Below the pieces are notes generated by a model. That model was not told the origin of the DNA. It made no database searches and saw nothing but the letters and a program-made list of their open reading frames with translations. Of a stretch of DNA of 44,936 bases, positions 1 to 10,720 are shown piece by piece. The number at the start of each line of letters is the position of its first letter. Position 1 is the first letter of the stretch. A program made the position numbers and the translations under genes. Source of the DNA: Methanomicrobiales archaeon. GTDB taxonomy: Archaea; Halobacteriota; Methanomicrobia; Methanomicrobiales; Methanospirillaceae. The stretch covers positions 1 to 44,936 of the forward strand of contig JBAXJR010000018.1 of assembly GCA_037137755.1 (NCBI GenBank), in the 5' to 3' direction.

Positions 1-2
1 GC

Positions 3-236
3 GTCTCAAGCGGAGATCTCCGGTACCCGGCAAGTTACACAAATTTTTTTATCGGTAACTCGGTGGTTGTCGTCCCGGTTTTTAATGATCCACATGATAG
101 CGAGGCATTAGATCGCCTTAAATCTCTCTTCCCGGGCAGGGAGGTAATCGGGATTAATGCCCGGGCAATGGTTGAAGGATACGGGACCTTCCACTGTGCA
201 AGCCAGCAGCAACCGGCCCTAAAATACGGCGGGTAG
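3..236 (+). CDS. aguA: Agmatine deiminase family protein, C-terminal part (5'-truncated by the window edge)
   Basis: Not in the ORF track. Frame 3 translates ...GDLRYPASYTNFFIGNSVVVVPVFNDPHDSEALDRLKSLFPGREVIGINARAMVEGYGTFHCASQQQPALKYGG*. PASYxNF and G-x-G-x-x-HC-x-S/TQQQP (catalytic Cys) are agmatine/peptidylarginine deiminase motifs. TAG at 234-236. Confidence 0.9.
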   Translation, partial: VSSGDLRYPASYTNFFIGNSVVVVPVFNDPHDSEALDRLKSLFPGREVIGINARAMVEGYGTFHCASQQQPALKYGG

Positions 237-1027
237 CGGGTATTAAAATTACCGCGTCAAATTTGGTTTTTTAACAATCGCGGATCAATAAAAAGAGAGA
301 TTTAAGAGATTGATCACTTTTTTAATAGAATGGTTGTGGCGGGAGATCGCATACGCATTTCATGCGCTTACCCCTGCAGATCTACCATTTCGCCGGACCG
401 GACCAAATGTTAGAGCTCAAATGGGTCACGGACTCCGGACGATATAATCGTATGCTACAATTGTCAGGTGGGTTGTGGCGGGTCATGTGCGTTTTTGTTC
501 CATCACTCCTTTACTATCAACTCTGAAAGGCCTCTTCCGGTTACCTGGCAACGGATCTAAATTACCAGTTTTCCCGAGGTTTCCCTGATATCCCCAAAAA
601 CCCTGGCATCCAGATCACAATCTTTGGGTGGCGGCTGGACATTTCCGCATGGTGCAGATGCCCACCTTTATGGTGCAGGACGGTTTGTATTGGGGGAGCC
701 TTTTTCTTCTTCCAGGTGTGTCAGGGACATAAGGCTGGTACCGCCACCACAGGCTGCTCTGGCAGCCTTACGGAAAATTACCGGAACGATTGTGTTGTTT
801 CGTCCTGGTAACATGATCCTGACACGAATAACCACTCTGTGAGTGTAGTATAAACGAGCTCGCCATGGGCGGTGTGAAAGTAACGGGATCCGGGACCAGG
901 GAGAAATAACAGGCCCTGGCTGATTCGAAAGTTCCCGGGGTTTTTGTAGGAACTGTCAAGTTCAGCCGTGATCCTGGGAACAGGCCTGACCTAAAACCAT
1001 ATCTATAGTCGGCAGATACATCTGTAT

Positions 1028-1750
1028 ATGCCATGGCTGCCCGGACAAAATAATTTAGAGGGCTCAATTAAAAACAAAACTGCTTCTTTTCTCCAATGGA
1101 GGGAAAACAATAGATGTACATTCCATTTCATTGCACTCATTGTCTTTCTTTGCGTCCTCCCACTGCTCGAAGATAGTGAAGCCGCCCGGGTTTTTACCGA
1201 TGTCACGCTTGTAATTTTATTATTTTTCGCTCTCCAGGCCATCAGTCGTGAGGTGTACCTCATGAGGGCCGGGTTTTTGCTTGTGGGAATCACGATTATA
1301 TTATACGCGTTATATTATCTGACCAATATCACGCATTATTTCAACGCTGCTATAGTCGTGACCCTGGTGTTTTTCATTATGGTGTGCATTACCATTTTTG
1401 CAGCAGTAATTCGCGAACAGGAAATAAGGAGGGACACAATATTCGGGGCAATATCGGTATATTTCCTCCTTGGTCTTACATGGGCACTCGGAATTATGGT
1501 GCTGGTGATATTTTCGCCCGGTTCATTCGATATCGCAACCAGCAGAACTGACCAGCTGGTCTATATTTCCGATTATATCGGGTACAGTTTCTCAATCCTT
1601 ACCACAACAGGAAATTACAATGTGGCTGCCCTTACATCAACCGCACGAACGATAATGATGTTTGAAATGATCAGCGGGACACTCTACATCGCGGTACTGG
1701 TCTCCTGGCTTGTCGGGAAGTTCTTAAAAGAGAGGCAGGCAGGACAATAA
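1028..1750 (+). CDS. Ion channel family membrane protein (Ion_trans_2 / K+-channel-like) with a non-canonical filter
   Basis: Several N-terminal TM helices, then 'IFGAISVYFLLGLTWA...YSFSILTTTGNYNVAALTSTARTIMMFEMISGTLYIAVLVSWLVG'. This is the pore-helix/inner-helix layout of the family, which usually reads 'YFSFVTLTTLGYGDIxP'. Confidence 0.8.
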   Translation: MPWLPGQNNLEGSIKNKTASFLQWRENNRCTFHFIALIVFLCVLPLLEDSEAARVFTDVTLVILLFFALQAISREVYLMRAGFLLVGITIILYALYYLTNITHYFNAAIVVTLVFFIMVCITIFAAVIREQEIRRDTIFGAISVYFLLGLTWALGIMVLVIFSPGSFDIATSRTDQLVYISDYIGYSFSILTTTGNYNVAALTSTARTIMMFEMISGTLYIAVLVSWLVGKFLKERQAGQ

Positions 1751-1992
1751 TTTTTCCATGTTGTACCCATATCCGGGGCTCCAGCCCGCCGCTTTTTCAA
1801 AGAATTATTCAGTTGAACCCTGCCCAAAGAATATCGTTCCGGGGGAGGGTTAAGGGTGGAACTGAAAACACCCTCCTGTTGACAGGCTGGAGGGGGAGAC
1901 TTTGCCAGGTTTCACACCTTATCTATTTACACCCGGTGTGAGGGCCCCTGTACATTTTCACGGGTTTTGAAAATCCACTGTTCCGGGGTATT

Positions 1993-4641
1993 TCATTCCC
2001 TTATGCCACCGGGCATGAGCGAATTGATGCGGCCCCTAAACTGGCGGTATACAACCCGTATTCCAAAACCGACTACCAGCACGGAGGCTGACACGATAAT
2101 AATTGTTACCCATTCATTGAACGTGAGTGGGACCGTGCCGAACACAAGGCTACCATATTGTACAATCAGGATTTGTGCGAGGACAATGAACCCCATTACC
2201 GCAAAAAACGTTGGGTTGCCTTTAAAAAAGGGCGGCATCTTCCCGTCGAGTGCCCGGCAGTTGATACCGTTCCAGACCGCAGCAATGACAAATGCAGCGA
2301 AAAACACTGTTGTAATTCCAGCGGGAGAAGTACCTCCCAGGAAGCCTGTTTTCATCTGGATCAATCCGCCGATGATAAAGAACGTACCGGTCACGATAAT
2401 TGAAAACCACATAAACGGGGTGATTACCGGTGTGTTTCTCCGGATGGGAAGACGGTTCATCAGTTCCCGGTGAGGGGCCTCCGAACAGAGTGCAAATGCG
2501 GCCAGCGTGTCCATGATCAGGTTAACCCAGAGGATCTGGATAATGGTAAACGGCTCCGGGTATCCAAGAAGCGGGGCAATAAATACCAGAACACATGCAC
2601 AGAAATTGAGGGTGAGCTGGAACAGCACAAAACGCTGGATATTCTCGTAGAGTGAGCGGCCCCACCACACGGCGCTGGTAATCGAGGCGAACGAGTCGTC
2701 AAGGAGAATTATATCACTCGCTTCCCTCGCTACCTCGGTCCCTGCGATTCCCATCGCGAGCCCGACATCCGCATTTTTCAGGGCTGGTGCATCGTTCGTC
2801 CCGTCACCGGTGACTGCCACAACATCCCCGTTCTTCTGGAGGGCCTGGACGAGAAGTAATTTGTCCATTGGCTCAGCTCGTGCCATCACATCAAGGTTCT
2901 GTGCAACTTCGACCTGTTGTTCAGGTGACAACGATCGGAATTCCTTCCCCTCAACGACAACCCCTCCCATGAGGATCCCAGAGTCCTCTGCAATGGCCTT
3001 TGCGGTCTCCCGGTTATCACCGGTCACCATACGGACCCTGATCCCTGCATCCATGCAGGTAGTTACCGATTCAGCAATATTGTCCCGCAGCGGGTCTCGT
3101 ATCCCGACATACCCGTCCCAGATAAGATTGGATTCGCTTTCGTCCCCGTTCACTATCGCCTTGTGGGCAAACGCGAGAGTCCGCATCGCCCTCGAAGCGA
3201 GATCACTGACACCGCTCATATCAGGTGGAATAGCACAGAGCGAAGAGAGAATCTCCGGGGCCCCTTTCACCAGGAGATACGGTTTTCCCGCGATATTCAC
3301 AACAGTTGACATCCTTTTTCTGTTCCCGTCAAACAGGTACTGTTTCCTGGTAGTGGTCTCTGCACGGATATGCATGTAATCGAGTGAATATTCACGGAGC
3401 CAGCGGAGAAGGGCCCCTTCGGTTGAGTTGCCGATGACAATTATCCGCCCGTCCCGCTCTTCCAGGTAGGCAGTGCCATTTACAGCGGCATTGAGGGTGA
3501 TCCATTCAGATGGCGAATGGGGGGTATTTCCCTGTTGTGCAGGCTCTCCGGCCGAGGCATGCACTACTTCCATCTGGTTTTTCGTCAGTGTCCCGGTCTT
3601 ATCCGTGCAGATTGTTGTCGCAGAGCCTATTGTCTCACATGCGATCAACTTCCTCACAAGGCAGTTGGCACGGGTCATCTTTCGCATCGCAAGTGATAGG
3701 GAGAGTGCGACGCTCATCGGGAGCCCTTCGGGAACTGCAACGACGATTATAGCGACAGCAATCATGAGGTAGTGCAGGACATGGTTCAGGGTATCAAGGT
3801 TCAGGCCAGTCAGTTCCCCGAGTATTATCCCGCGAATTGACAGGCTGACAAGGATTAGGATACCCATAGTATATCCGAATTTGCTGATGATCCCGGCAAG
3901 GGCTTCCAGTTTCTGTTCAAGGGGAGTTGCGGTTGAATGGTCGATACCAAGCGATGCCGCAATTACGCCCATCTGGGCCTTGTTACCTACCGCCCCGGCG
4001 ATCATCCGTCCTTTCCCGGCGGTAACAAACGTTCCTTTCAGGACATTATCTGCAGTCCCTTTTCCAACCGGTTCGCTTTCCCCGGTAAACGCGGACTCGT
4101 CGCTGGAGAGAGAGTCTGAGCTGATCAGCCAGCCGTCCGCGGGAACCGCATCACCCGCCTCGATGATGATGAGATCCCCGACAACAATATCACGGGAGGT
4201 TACCAGGGCCGGGTGACCATCCCGGATGACCTTGACACCGACGTCATCCCGGTGAGCATTTAATATATCGAACTCTTTACTGCTCCGGTATTCGTTGAAA
4301 AAGGAGATTCCGGTGGCGAGCAGGATAGCGATAATGATTCCAAGGGTATCGTAAATACTGATCCCCTGGATTATTGAGACTACCAGGGAGATAATAACTG
4401 CAATAATAAGGATTTTGATGATCGGGTCATCGTATTTCTTCAGGTACTGCAGCCATACCGGTTCCCGTACCGGGGGGGTCATGACGTTAGCGCCAAACCT
4501 TTCGCGGTAAACGGGGACTTCTGAGGACTCGAGACCGCCCTTCTCTTCAAGACGTGTCCGTTCTTCCGGGGATAGCAGGTCGGGTTCTTTCATTGTTTTC
4601 AAAGGACCATTTTGTCCGGGTAATTTTGGTGTTTTGCGCAT
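1993..4641 (-). CDS. Calcium-translocating P-type ATPase, PMCA (type IIB)-like
   Basis: TGES, VAVPEGLP, DKTGTLT (phospho-Asp), KGAPE, MVTGDN, VTGDGTNDAPALK, and M6 'QILWVNLIMDT' typical of PMCA-type pumps. Confidence 0.95.
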   Translation of the reverse strand: MRKTPKLPGQNGPLKTMKEPDLLSPEERTRLEEKGGLESSEVPVYRERFGANVMTPPVREPVWLQYLKKYDDPIIKILIIAVIISLVVSIIQGISIYDTLGIIIAILLATGISFFNEYRSSKEFDILNAHRDDVGVKVIRDGHPALVTSRDIVVGDLIIIEAGDAVPADGWLISSDSLSSDESAFTGESEPVGKGTADNVLKGTFVTAGKGRMIAGAVGNKAQMGVIAASLGIDHSTATPLEQKLEALAGIISKFGYTMGILILVSLSIRGIILGELTGLNLDTLNHVLHYLMIAVAIIVVAVPEGLPMSVALSLSLAMRKMTRANCLVRKLIACETIGSATTICTDKTGTLTKNQMEVVHASAGEPAQQGNTPHSPSEWITLNAAVNGTAYLEERDGRIIVIGNSTEGALLRWLREYSLDYMHIRAETTTRKQYLFDGNRKRMSTVVNIAGKPYLLVKGAPEILSSLCAIPPDMSGVSDLASRAMRTLAFAHKAIVNGDESESNLIWDGYVGIRDPLRDNIAESVTTCMDAGIRVRMVTGDNRETAKAIAEDSGILMGGVVVEGKEFRSLSPEQQVEVAQNLDVMARAEPMDKLLLVQALQKNGDVVAVTGDGTNDAPALKNADVGLAMGIAGTEVAREASDIILLDDSFASITSAVWWGRSLYENIQRFVLFQLTLNFCACVLVFIAPLLGYPEPFTIIQILWVNLIMDTLAAFALCSEAPHRELMNRLPIRRNTPVITPFMWFSIIVTGTFFIIGGLIQMKTGFLGGTSPAGITTVFFAAFVIAAVWNGINCRALDGKMPPFFKGNPTFFAVMGFIVLAQILIVQYGSLVFGTVPLTFNEWVTIIIVSASVLVVGFGIRVVYRQFRGRINSLMPGGIRE

Positions 4642-4922
4642 ATAGTTGTTCGGAATGTCCTACAAAATACTTCGCAGACCAGTCTTTTTGGTTTTTGCCA
4701 GTGTCAGAATATGACGACGTGACCTACCCATCAGTACCCACGATCTCAAACCTGCGAACGTCAGAATTGCAGGTTCCTAACCCACCAGGGAATGCGCTAC
4801 GCGGAGGAGGTCAATCGTGAATGGTCTTTTTGAAGTAGTGCACAATTCCAGGCCAGGTTACGTATGATTCCAGTAAACCCATTGTATGATCCGTGTACGA
4901 AAAGAATTTTTTTGTTATGGCC

Positions 4923-5945
4923 TTAGAGCCCTGCCGGCAACGAAGGATAGGTTTCGCTTTTTTCAGGAATTGTATGAAGGCGGATGATGACTTTATGGCC
5001 AAATTTCTGCTCCATCATCGTAGAAAGGGTTGCAATCGGGGGTAACTGCCCCTCACCAACGAGGATTACATCAGTCCCTGATCCCAGCAGCACCACTTTC
5101 TGTATCTGGTACGGTGCAAGTCCCAGCCATTCCCTTACTACCTCCTTCGCGACGATCTGGTCATTTGTCACCTGGTATGTCTGGTAACTGGTAACGGCGA
5201 GTACACTTACCAGCAAAATACTTGCAATAATTAATGCCACCATCGCATTTTTTCGCGTCTTCTCCTTCATCTCCATCCTTACTGCTTTCGGTAGTCCCAT
5301 CAGGCCGAACATGGCAGTTCCGGCTACCAGGATTGCGATAAAATTGGTGAGGAACAGGAGAAAAGCCCCCCCGGCCTCGGAATATCCACCGTGGAACAAT
5401 GCTATACCCACCACGCACAGCGGTGGGACAAGCGAGATCGCAATCGCGACACCTGCGAGGGAATCAGCTATTTCCTGCCGCCCTATTGCAAAAGCTCCCG
5501 CTGCACCCGCGGCAAGGGCAATGGCCAAGTCCAGCAGGCCCGGGGATACGCGGGATGTTATTTGTGGATTTTGTGCCAGGGATACAAGCTGGGCAGGTAC
5601 CACTGCTGTCAGGACCATGGCAAGCCCGATAACACCGAGCACACCGAGGACGACAAGGGACATGGAACTTAGCGCCCGCTTTGAAGCCCCCATCGAAACG
5701 GCTGCCGCGGACGCCATGATTGGGGTCATCAGCGGGGCAACGATCATAGCACCAATGACCGTTGCAGTAGAGTCCGTGATGACGCCATAGGTCGCAATAA
5801 CGGTCGCAAGTGCCAGCAGGACTATAAAATTTACGATCTGTCGATCTCGTTTTTCCCCTTCAAAAAATAGCTTGCCCTCGAATACCGGCACATAGTCCGG
5901 GTCAAACCGGCTCTCTTTTATTCTCGCAAAAAATCCTTCCGTCAT
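4923..5945 (-). CDS. DUF389 / TIGR00341-type hydrophobic membrane protein
   Basis: Motifs 'STATVIGAMIVAPLMTPI', 'DLAIALAAGAAGA', 'LAGVAIAISLVPPL', 'LLFLTN'. Confidence 0.9.
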   Translation of the reverse strand: MTEGFFARIKESRFDPDYVPVFEGKLFFEGEKRDRQIVNFIVLLALATVIATYGVITDSTATVIGAMIVAPLMTPIMASAAAVSMGASKRALSSMSLVVLGVLGVIGLAMVLTAVVPAQLVSLAQNPQITSRVSPGLLDLAIALAAGAAGAFAIGRQEIADSLAGVAIAISLVPPLCVVGIALFHGGYSEAGGAFLLFLTNFIAILVAGTAMFGLMGLPKAVRMEMKEKTRKNAMVALIIASILLVSVLAVTSYQTYQVTNDQIVAKEVVREWLGLAPYQIQKVVLLGSGTDVILVGEGQLPPIATLSTMMEQKFGHKVIIRLHTIPEKSETYPSLPAGL

Positions 5946-6157
5946 AGGTTACCCCGGTCACAACAATATGAGAATTAATGGTAATTTTGGGACTTAAAGA
6001 ATATGAAATAAAACCGTGAAGCAAAAAAACATCATTCCGGTGTAAGGAAATAGAACAATTAATAATAGTGAGCAGACGAAAAATGCACTAGTCAACCTCG
6101 TGGATTTCCGGGAGCTGAACATTCCCGCGGATAACAAAGGGAGGGGAAACCAATTTT

Positions 6158-6757
6158 ATGACTAATTATATTGAAAAACTCAAAGAAGAGGAGGACCAGC
6201 TGGTCGTCGAACTTAGTTTCAAACGCGTTGACCAGTTCTTTGACCCGGATGACCCGTCGCCCGTAAAAAACAGGGATCTTACCGATGATGCACTTCTGGC
6301 GATGATCGCGGCAATTATCGACAGGGAACCAAAAAAACCGGTACAATACGTTATCAGGTTTCCCGCTTCGCAGGTAACGGAGGAGATCGAATCAGGCCTT
6401 CCCGAAGCAGTAAGGACATATTTTACCTACCGGTGTGAAGGAGCGAGGAGGAATTTGCGGGTGCTGATGAAAAGAATGAAATATGGACTTATTTACGGGC
6501 TCAGTATTTCCGCAGTACTCATTATTATCCTGGTTTACCTGTATTCCCAGATAACCGACCAGGTTCTCGCAGACATTGTTATCGGTGCAATTGTAATTTT
6601 CTGCTGGGTCGCCTTGTGGGACCCGATTGATATATTCCTCCACCAGTACCTGTTTCAAAAGAAGACCATCGCAATATCTACAAAAAGAATTATCAAGAGC
6701 TCCATCAGGGTAGAAAAGGCAGGAGTCCAGCCGGATGGGATGCCTGCACCGGGATAA
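6158..6757 (+). CDS. Hypothetical protein with a soluble N-domain and 2 C-terminal TM helices; paralog of 15943-16509
   Basis: Clean 199-aa ORF with GGAGG upstream. Shares 'DQxFDxxDPxP..xxLTD.A', 'AVRxxFxxR' and 'WVxxWD' with 15943-16509. Confidence 0.85.
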   Translation: MTNYIEKLKEEEDQLVVELSFKRVDQFFDPDDPSPVKNRDLTDDALLAMIAAIIDREPKKPVQYVIRFPASQVTEEIESGLPEAVRTYFTYRCEGARRNLRVLMKRMKYGLIYGLSISAVLIIILVYLYSQITDQVLADIVIGAIVIFCWVALWDPIDIFLHQYLFQKKTIAISTKRIIKSSIRVEKAGVQPDGMPAPG

Positions 6758-6797
6758 TATCTGTTCAATGGGGGTCCATCAAAAATATATTTTTGTC

Positions 6798-8072
6798 TTA
6801 ACTGGAAACCTTCACCTCCTTTCCTGCACGTTTTTCCTTAAGTTCCCTGAGTGCAATACCGAGAACCAATGCGACAACTGCTGAAATAACCAGTAAGGAG
6901 GTCATGTACTGGTTTGTACTTGAAATTACCATGATCAACAGGATAGCAGTCAGGGGCACACCTAAAGCGAGCGTGATAACCGCCACTTCAAGGCACATAA
7001 CGAAGATCCCGACCGGAATCCCGGGGAACATCAGGCTTAGCGCAAGCCCGATCATAGTACAGGTAAATAATGTGGGAAATATGGGACCCCCGAGAAAACC
7101 ACTCTTGAAGGACAGGGCGAGGAGTACAATTTTAAGAACTGCCATAATAAGCAACATAGCAACCCCAAACTGGGCAGGGTTCATCATTATCGAATGAATC
7201 GATGTTTCCCCTGAAAACATCAGATCTGGAATGAAATAACAGACTATCGCAATGATCACCCCTGCAAAAAGGATCCGGGTCATGATCCGATCCTTGAATG
7301 CTCTCCCTATGACATCTCCCATACCCCGCATCACGAGTCCCATAAAAATGGCGATTAACGCACCCAGTATCCCAAGGATAACCGCGTAGATCACGTAGGA
7401 AAGGGTTATACTTTCGATGGGTGGGAATGCCAGTAAACTGGCAAACGATTTCAACCCAAGCAGGGAGAAGAAGAGAAACCCTATTACCCCTGCAAGTAGG
7501 TTCCAGGCCAGAAATTTCAGTGCATCTTTATTGCCGACATTGAACTCTGTTGCAAAGACTGCGGTAAAAAGAGGGCTTCCGATAATACCATTATATGCCG
7601 ATGCCAGTGCAGCAACGTCAAATCCGAGGGAGGCCTCGTTGAGGATGTTAAGTTTCTCCCGGACCCATGCTGAAATTTCCATGATAAGAAATGCAATCGG
7701 GCCTTCAGGTCCTACACTGGCCCCGGAGAACAGGGAGAAAAATGACGAGAGCAGGGTGCCGGGAAACGTTTTATAGTCCCCATGTGCACCTTCTCCCTTC
7801 ATTGAATCGGTAAAACCGCCATGGATCACATCCGGAGCATGTAAGTATTTCAGGCAGAGACCAACGAGCAGGGAGAAGAAAATAACCCCGGCAGGGATTG
7901 TCCAGCGGTTGGCTTTCACAAACTCGTTCATCCAGATAACTGCGTTCAGCGACTCGTATGTTTCAAGCCAAATCGCTGTAAACGCGATTGCAATCACTGC
8001 AATCAGAATTATCTGCCAGATTTTCGGGTTGACATTCTGGGTCTGGGGGATTTCATCGGTCATGGGTACCAT
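6798..8072 (-). CDS. CLC chloride channel/transporter family protein (YfeO-like subgroup)
   Basis: CLC motifs 'GASVGPEGP' (gating Glu) and 'GFLGGPIFP'; ~11 hydrophobic segments; no CBS domain. Confidence 0.9.
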   Translation of the reverse strand: MVPMTDEIPQTQNVNPKIWQIILIAVIAIAFTAIWLETYESLNAVIWMNEFVKANRWTIPAGVIFFSLLVGLCLKYLHAPDVIHGGFTDSMKGEGAHGDYKTFPGTLLSSFFSLFSGASVGPEGPIAFLIMEISAWVREKLNILNEASLGFDVAALASAYNGIIGSPLFTAVFATEFNVGNKDALKFLAWNLLAGVIGFLFFSLLGLKSFASLLAFPPIESITLSYVIYAVILGILGALIAIFMGLVMRGMGDVIGRAFKDRIMTRILFAGVIIAIVCYFIPDLMFSGETSIHSIMMNPAQFGVAMLLIMAVLKIVLLALSFKSGFLGGPIFPTLFTCTMIGLALSLMFPGIPVGIFVMCLEVAVITLALGVPLTAILLIMVISSTNQYMTSLLVISAVVALVLGIALRELKEKRAGKEVKVSS

Positions 8073-8103
8073 CGGATAATTTTTCTAATATTTTTTTCAT
8101 TCC

Positions 8104-9393
8104 TTAATCATTTTCAGGATTTACTGTAATATTAAGCCGTGTCGGGGATTCCACGACCTCTTTCAGTTCCGGAGCGTCGGAGGGCAATGATGCGATTTTT
8201 GCGGCGTACCAGTCAATAGCAGGCTTTGCAGTAATCCCATGAGCAAAAACGCTGATGAGAACAGTAGTGCTCACTACCATAGCAATTGTCTTCAGACCAG
8301 GGATACCCGGGGCTTCATTGAGGGTAATGAGCAACAGGACAATCGATGCCAGTCCGCGGGGCCCGAACCACCCGATGAAAAGTACAGATTCCGGCTGTAA
8401 GCGGGTTTTTAACAGTGATATCGCAACCGGGAGCATACGGATAAGAGTGAGGCTTAACACGGCGTAGATAAGAATGACCAGGGTAATCCCCGACATGAGA
8501 CTTGCAGCAAGGACACCAAAAATGAAAAATACGGCAAGGCTGAAGATTTCTCCCCCTGTTGCGGTAAATTCAATGATCGATTCACTTACATGTCTCCCGG
8601 TGAGGGTTGTTGCAAAGCCGCCTACAAATGCTGCGATGAACCCGCTGCCACCCACGGCATCAGCGGCAACAAACGATATGATGGCAAGTGCGAGGAACCC
8701 TATCCACTGGAACCTCCCCCGCATCAATCCCTTGTCAATGGCCTTGTTGACCAGGTAACCGCCTAAAACGCCAACGATTAATCCTACGAGGATACCGAGG
8801 CCGATTTGTTCAGCTGCAAAAAGGATCCACTGGGCTGCAGGAATATTTTCCTTTTCTGCGTCAGCAAGGACTAAAAACAAGGCGAAAAACGGGATAGCGC
8901 CCCCGTCATTCAGCCCGCTTTCCACGTTCAGGGCCTGGCGAATCCTGGCCGGGACCTTCGGGCTGTTTACAATTACCTGGCCAAGCCCTGCATCAGTTGG
9001 TGCAAGGATTGCCCCAATCAGTGCGGCTTCTGGCAGGGCAATATCGGTAAAGAAAATAATTGCAGTAACTGCTCCTGCGAAAATCGTGAGGGGAAGGCCT
9101 ATCGCGAGCAACCGCGATGGATAACTCCGGTTGCCTTTCAGGGTGGTGAAATCTATCCGTGCCGCATCAGAAAAAAGGATCAACACTAACGCAATTTCAG
9201 CAAATATCAGAATCAGGGGGCTGCCTGGCCCGACAGCCACCGCATCAAGCCCTTCCGGACTTACCAGCAGGCCAATCCCGACAAAGATCATCGGGGCCGT
9301 GACAATGGATCCCTCGATACGGTGCGAAACCAGGGAATAGACAAAAATTGCTATCGCGAAAATAATGGCCCCGATGAGGATCAATGAAAGCAT
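8104..9393 (-). CDS. Cation:proton antiporter (CPA1/NhaP-type Na+/H+ exchanger)
   Basis: 'LAPTDA', 'LNVESGLNDG' and 'GWFGPRGLASIV' CPA1 motifs; 12-13 TM segments. Confidence 0.92.
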   Translation of the reverse strand: MLSLILIGAIIFAIAIFVYSLVSHRIEGSIVTAPMIFVGIGLLVSPEGLDAVAVGPGSPLILIFAEIALVLILFSDAARIDFTTLKGNRSYPSRLLAIGLPLTIFAGAVTAIIFFTDIALPEAALIGAILAPTDAGLGQVIVNSPKVPARIRQALNVESGLNDGGAIPFFALFLVLADAEKENIPAAQWILFAAEQIGLGILVGLIVGVLGGYLVNKAIDKGLMRGRFQWIGFLALAIISFVAADAVGGSGFIAAFVGGFATTLTGRHVSESIIEFTATGGEIFSLAVFFIFGVLAASLMSGITLVILIYAVLSLTLIRMLPVAISLLKTRLQPESVLFIGWFGPRGLASIVLLLITLNEAPGIPGLKTIAMVVSTTVLISVFAHGITAKPAIDWYAAKIASLPSDAPELKEVVESPTRLNITVNPEND

Positions 9394-9642
9394 GTCAAGC
9401 TAATCCTTTGGAGGTAAGATATTTAAAAAATGTGAAGTATTCTTTTTTTCCGGTTTCTCCAGGTTTTACGAAGATTAAACGGTAATCGGGAATCCTCGTT
9501 TTTGTTCCCTCAAAAAAACCACCAATCAGATGGAGATCAGTTGTTGGTTTCTTTACGAACTTTTCTTCCGGACTCCTGGTTTTCAGAGGATTTTCCGGGT
9601 CCCGCCTTTACCAGTTAACATTCTAAATTCGTTAAAAATAGG

Positions 9643-10593
9643 TTATTTTTTGGGGATATTTTTCCAGAACGACGATTTATAATCTGCTTTTGATTTCCCC
9701 TCTTTGTAATATTTTTCACCGGGTTCAGGGCCCTCCTTTGGTGCTTCTTCAATTTCTTCTTTCTCCATAGGAGGTATGGTTTTATGTTGAGCAAGACCCA
9801 TTTCCAGTTTTTCCAGCTTGACCGAGATCTCGTTGTTTTTCCTTTCCTGTTGTGACAGGGATGATTTTAATTCACCAATTCGTGCGAGGACCTGCTTTTC
9901 AAATTCCGAAAACTCCTCTTTGGGTTGCCCCTCTTCCTCTTTTTCGGGCGGTGTTAAGAGTTTATTGGATATGAACCCGGCAAATGTTGCAAAAATCCCG
10001 ACACCGGTCGTCATTACAAGGACACCCACCAGCCTCCCTGCACCGGTGACCGGGTACTGATCCCCGTACCCGACGGTGGTGATGGTCACATATGCCCACC
10101 ACAACGCATCACCGGCTGTAGTGATATTTGCACTGGGAGAACTGCTTTCTGCACGTAATACTAAAAATGAGCCCACTTCGAGGATGATGATTACAGAGAA
10201 AACAAGGATGTATAAAGCTGCTTCAGCCCGGTTATACGAGAGATAATGGGTAATTTCTTTGACCCCGTGTTCTTTTACAAGCCGGTAGGCCTTGAAAATA
10301 CGGAACAGCCTCAAAAATCTTAACTGGGGTGCACATGCAAGTAAATCAGCCCATCCATAGTCGCGGAAGAAATAATGGGTCTTTGATTTCGTGGTAGTTA
10401 ACCTATACACGAAATCCATGACGAAGATAATCGTCAGAAAAACGTTGATAATTTCTACGACGTTGACGGCTTCAGGGTTCACACCCGGAATATACACAAG
10501 AGCGAGGTTGATGACCGATAATATTGATACAAGGGCAATGAATATTTCATACCCAAACCCTTTTTCATTACTGAGTTCGTCTTCTGGAACCAT
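9643..10593 (-). CDS. 6-TM voltage-gated-type potassium channel
   Basis: S4-like 'LRFLRLFRIFK', pore 'ALWWAYVTITTVGYGDQYP' with canonical TVGYG filter, and a C-terminal coiled coil. Confidence 0.95.
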   Translation of the reverse strand: MVPEDELSNEKGFGYEIFIALVSILSVINLALVYIPGVNPEAVNVVEIINVFLTIIFVMDFVYRLTTTKSKTHYFFRDYGWADLLACAPQLRFLRLFRIFKAYRLVKEHGVKEITHYLSYNRAEAALYILVFSVIIILEVGSFLVLRAESSSPSANITTAGDALWWAYVTITTVGYGDQYPVTGAGRLVGVLVMTTGVGIFATFAGFISNKLLTPPEKEEEGQPKEEFSEFEKQVLARIGELKSSLSQQERKNNEISVKLEKLEMGLAQHKTIPPMEKEEIEEAPKEGPEPGEKYYKEGKSKADYKSSFWKNIPKK

Positions 10594-10720
10594 TGGAAAT
10601 CCCCTGAATTAATAATGTAATGGAATTACTGAAAAACTATTTGCAATATTTTTAGTTGTAGTATCCGGAGTGGGGTAAAAAAAGGATTTTTCTTCACTAA
10701 TAACATGTTATCATCAGGTA

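Noticed and set aside
624-1067. ORFs 624-842 (+) and 768-1067 (-)
   Set aside because: Non-ATG starts, no RBS, no family resemblance and mutual overlap.
6798-8072. CLC gene as a fluoride exporter (CLC-F)
   Set aside because: It lacks the GNNLI/GREGT/GEVTP signatures and has GPEGP/GGPIFP instead.
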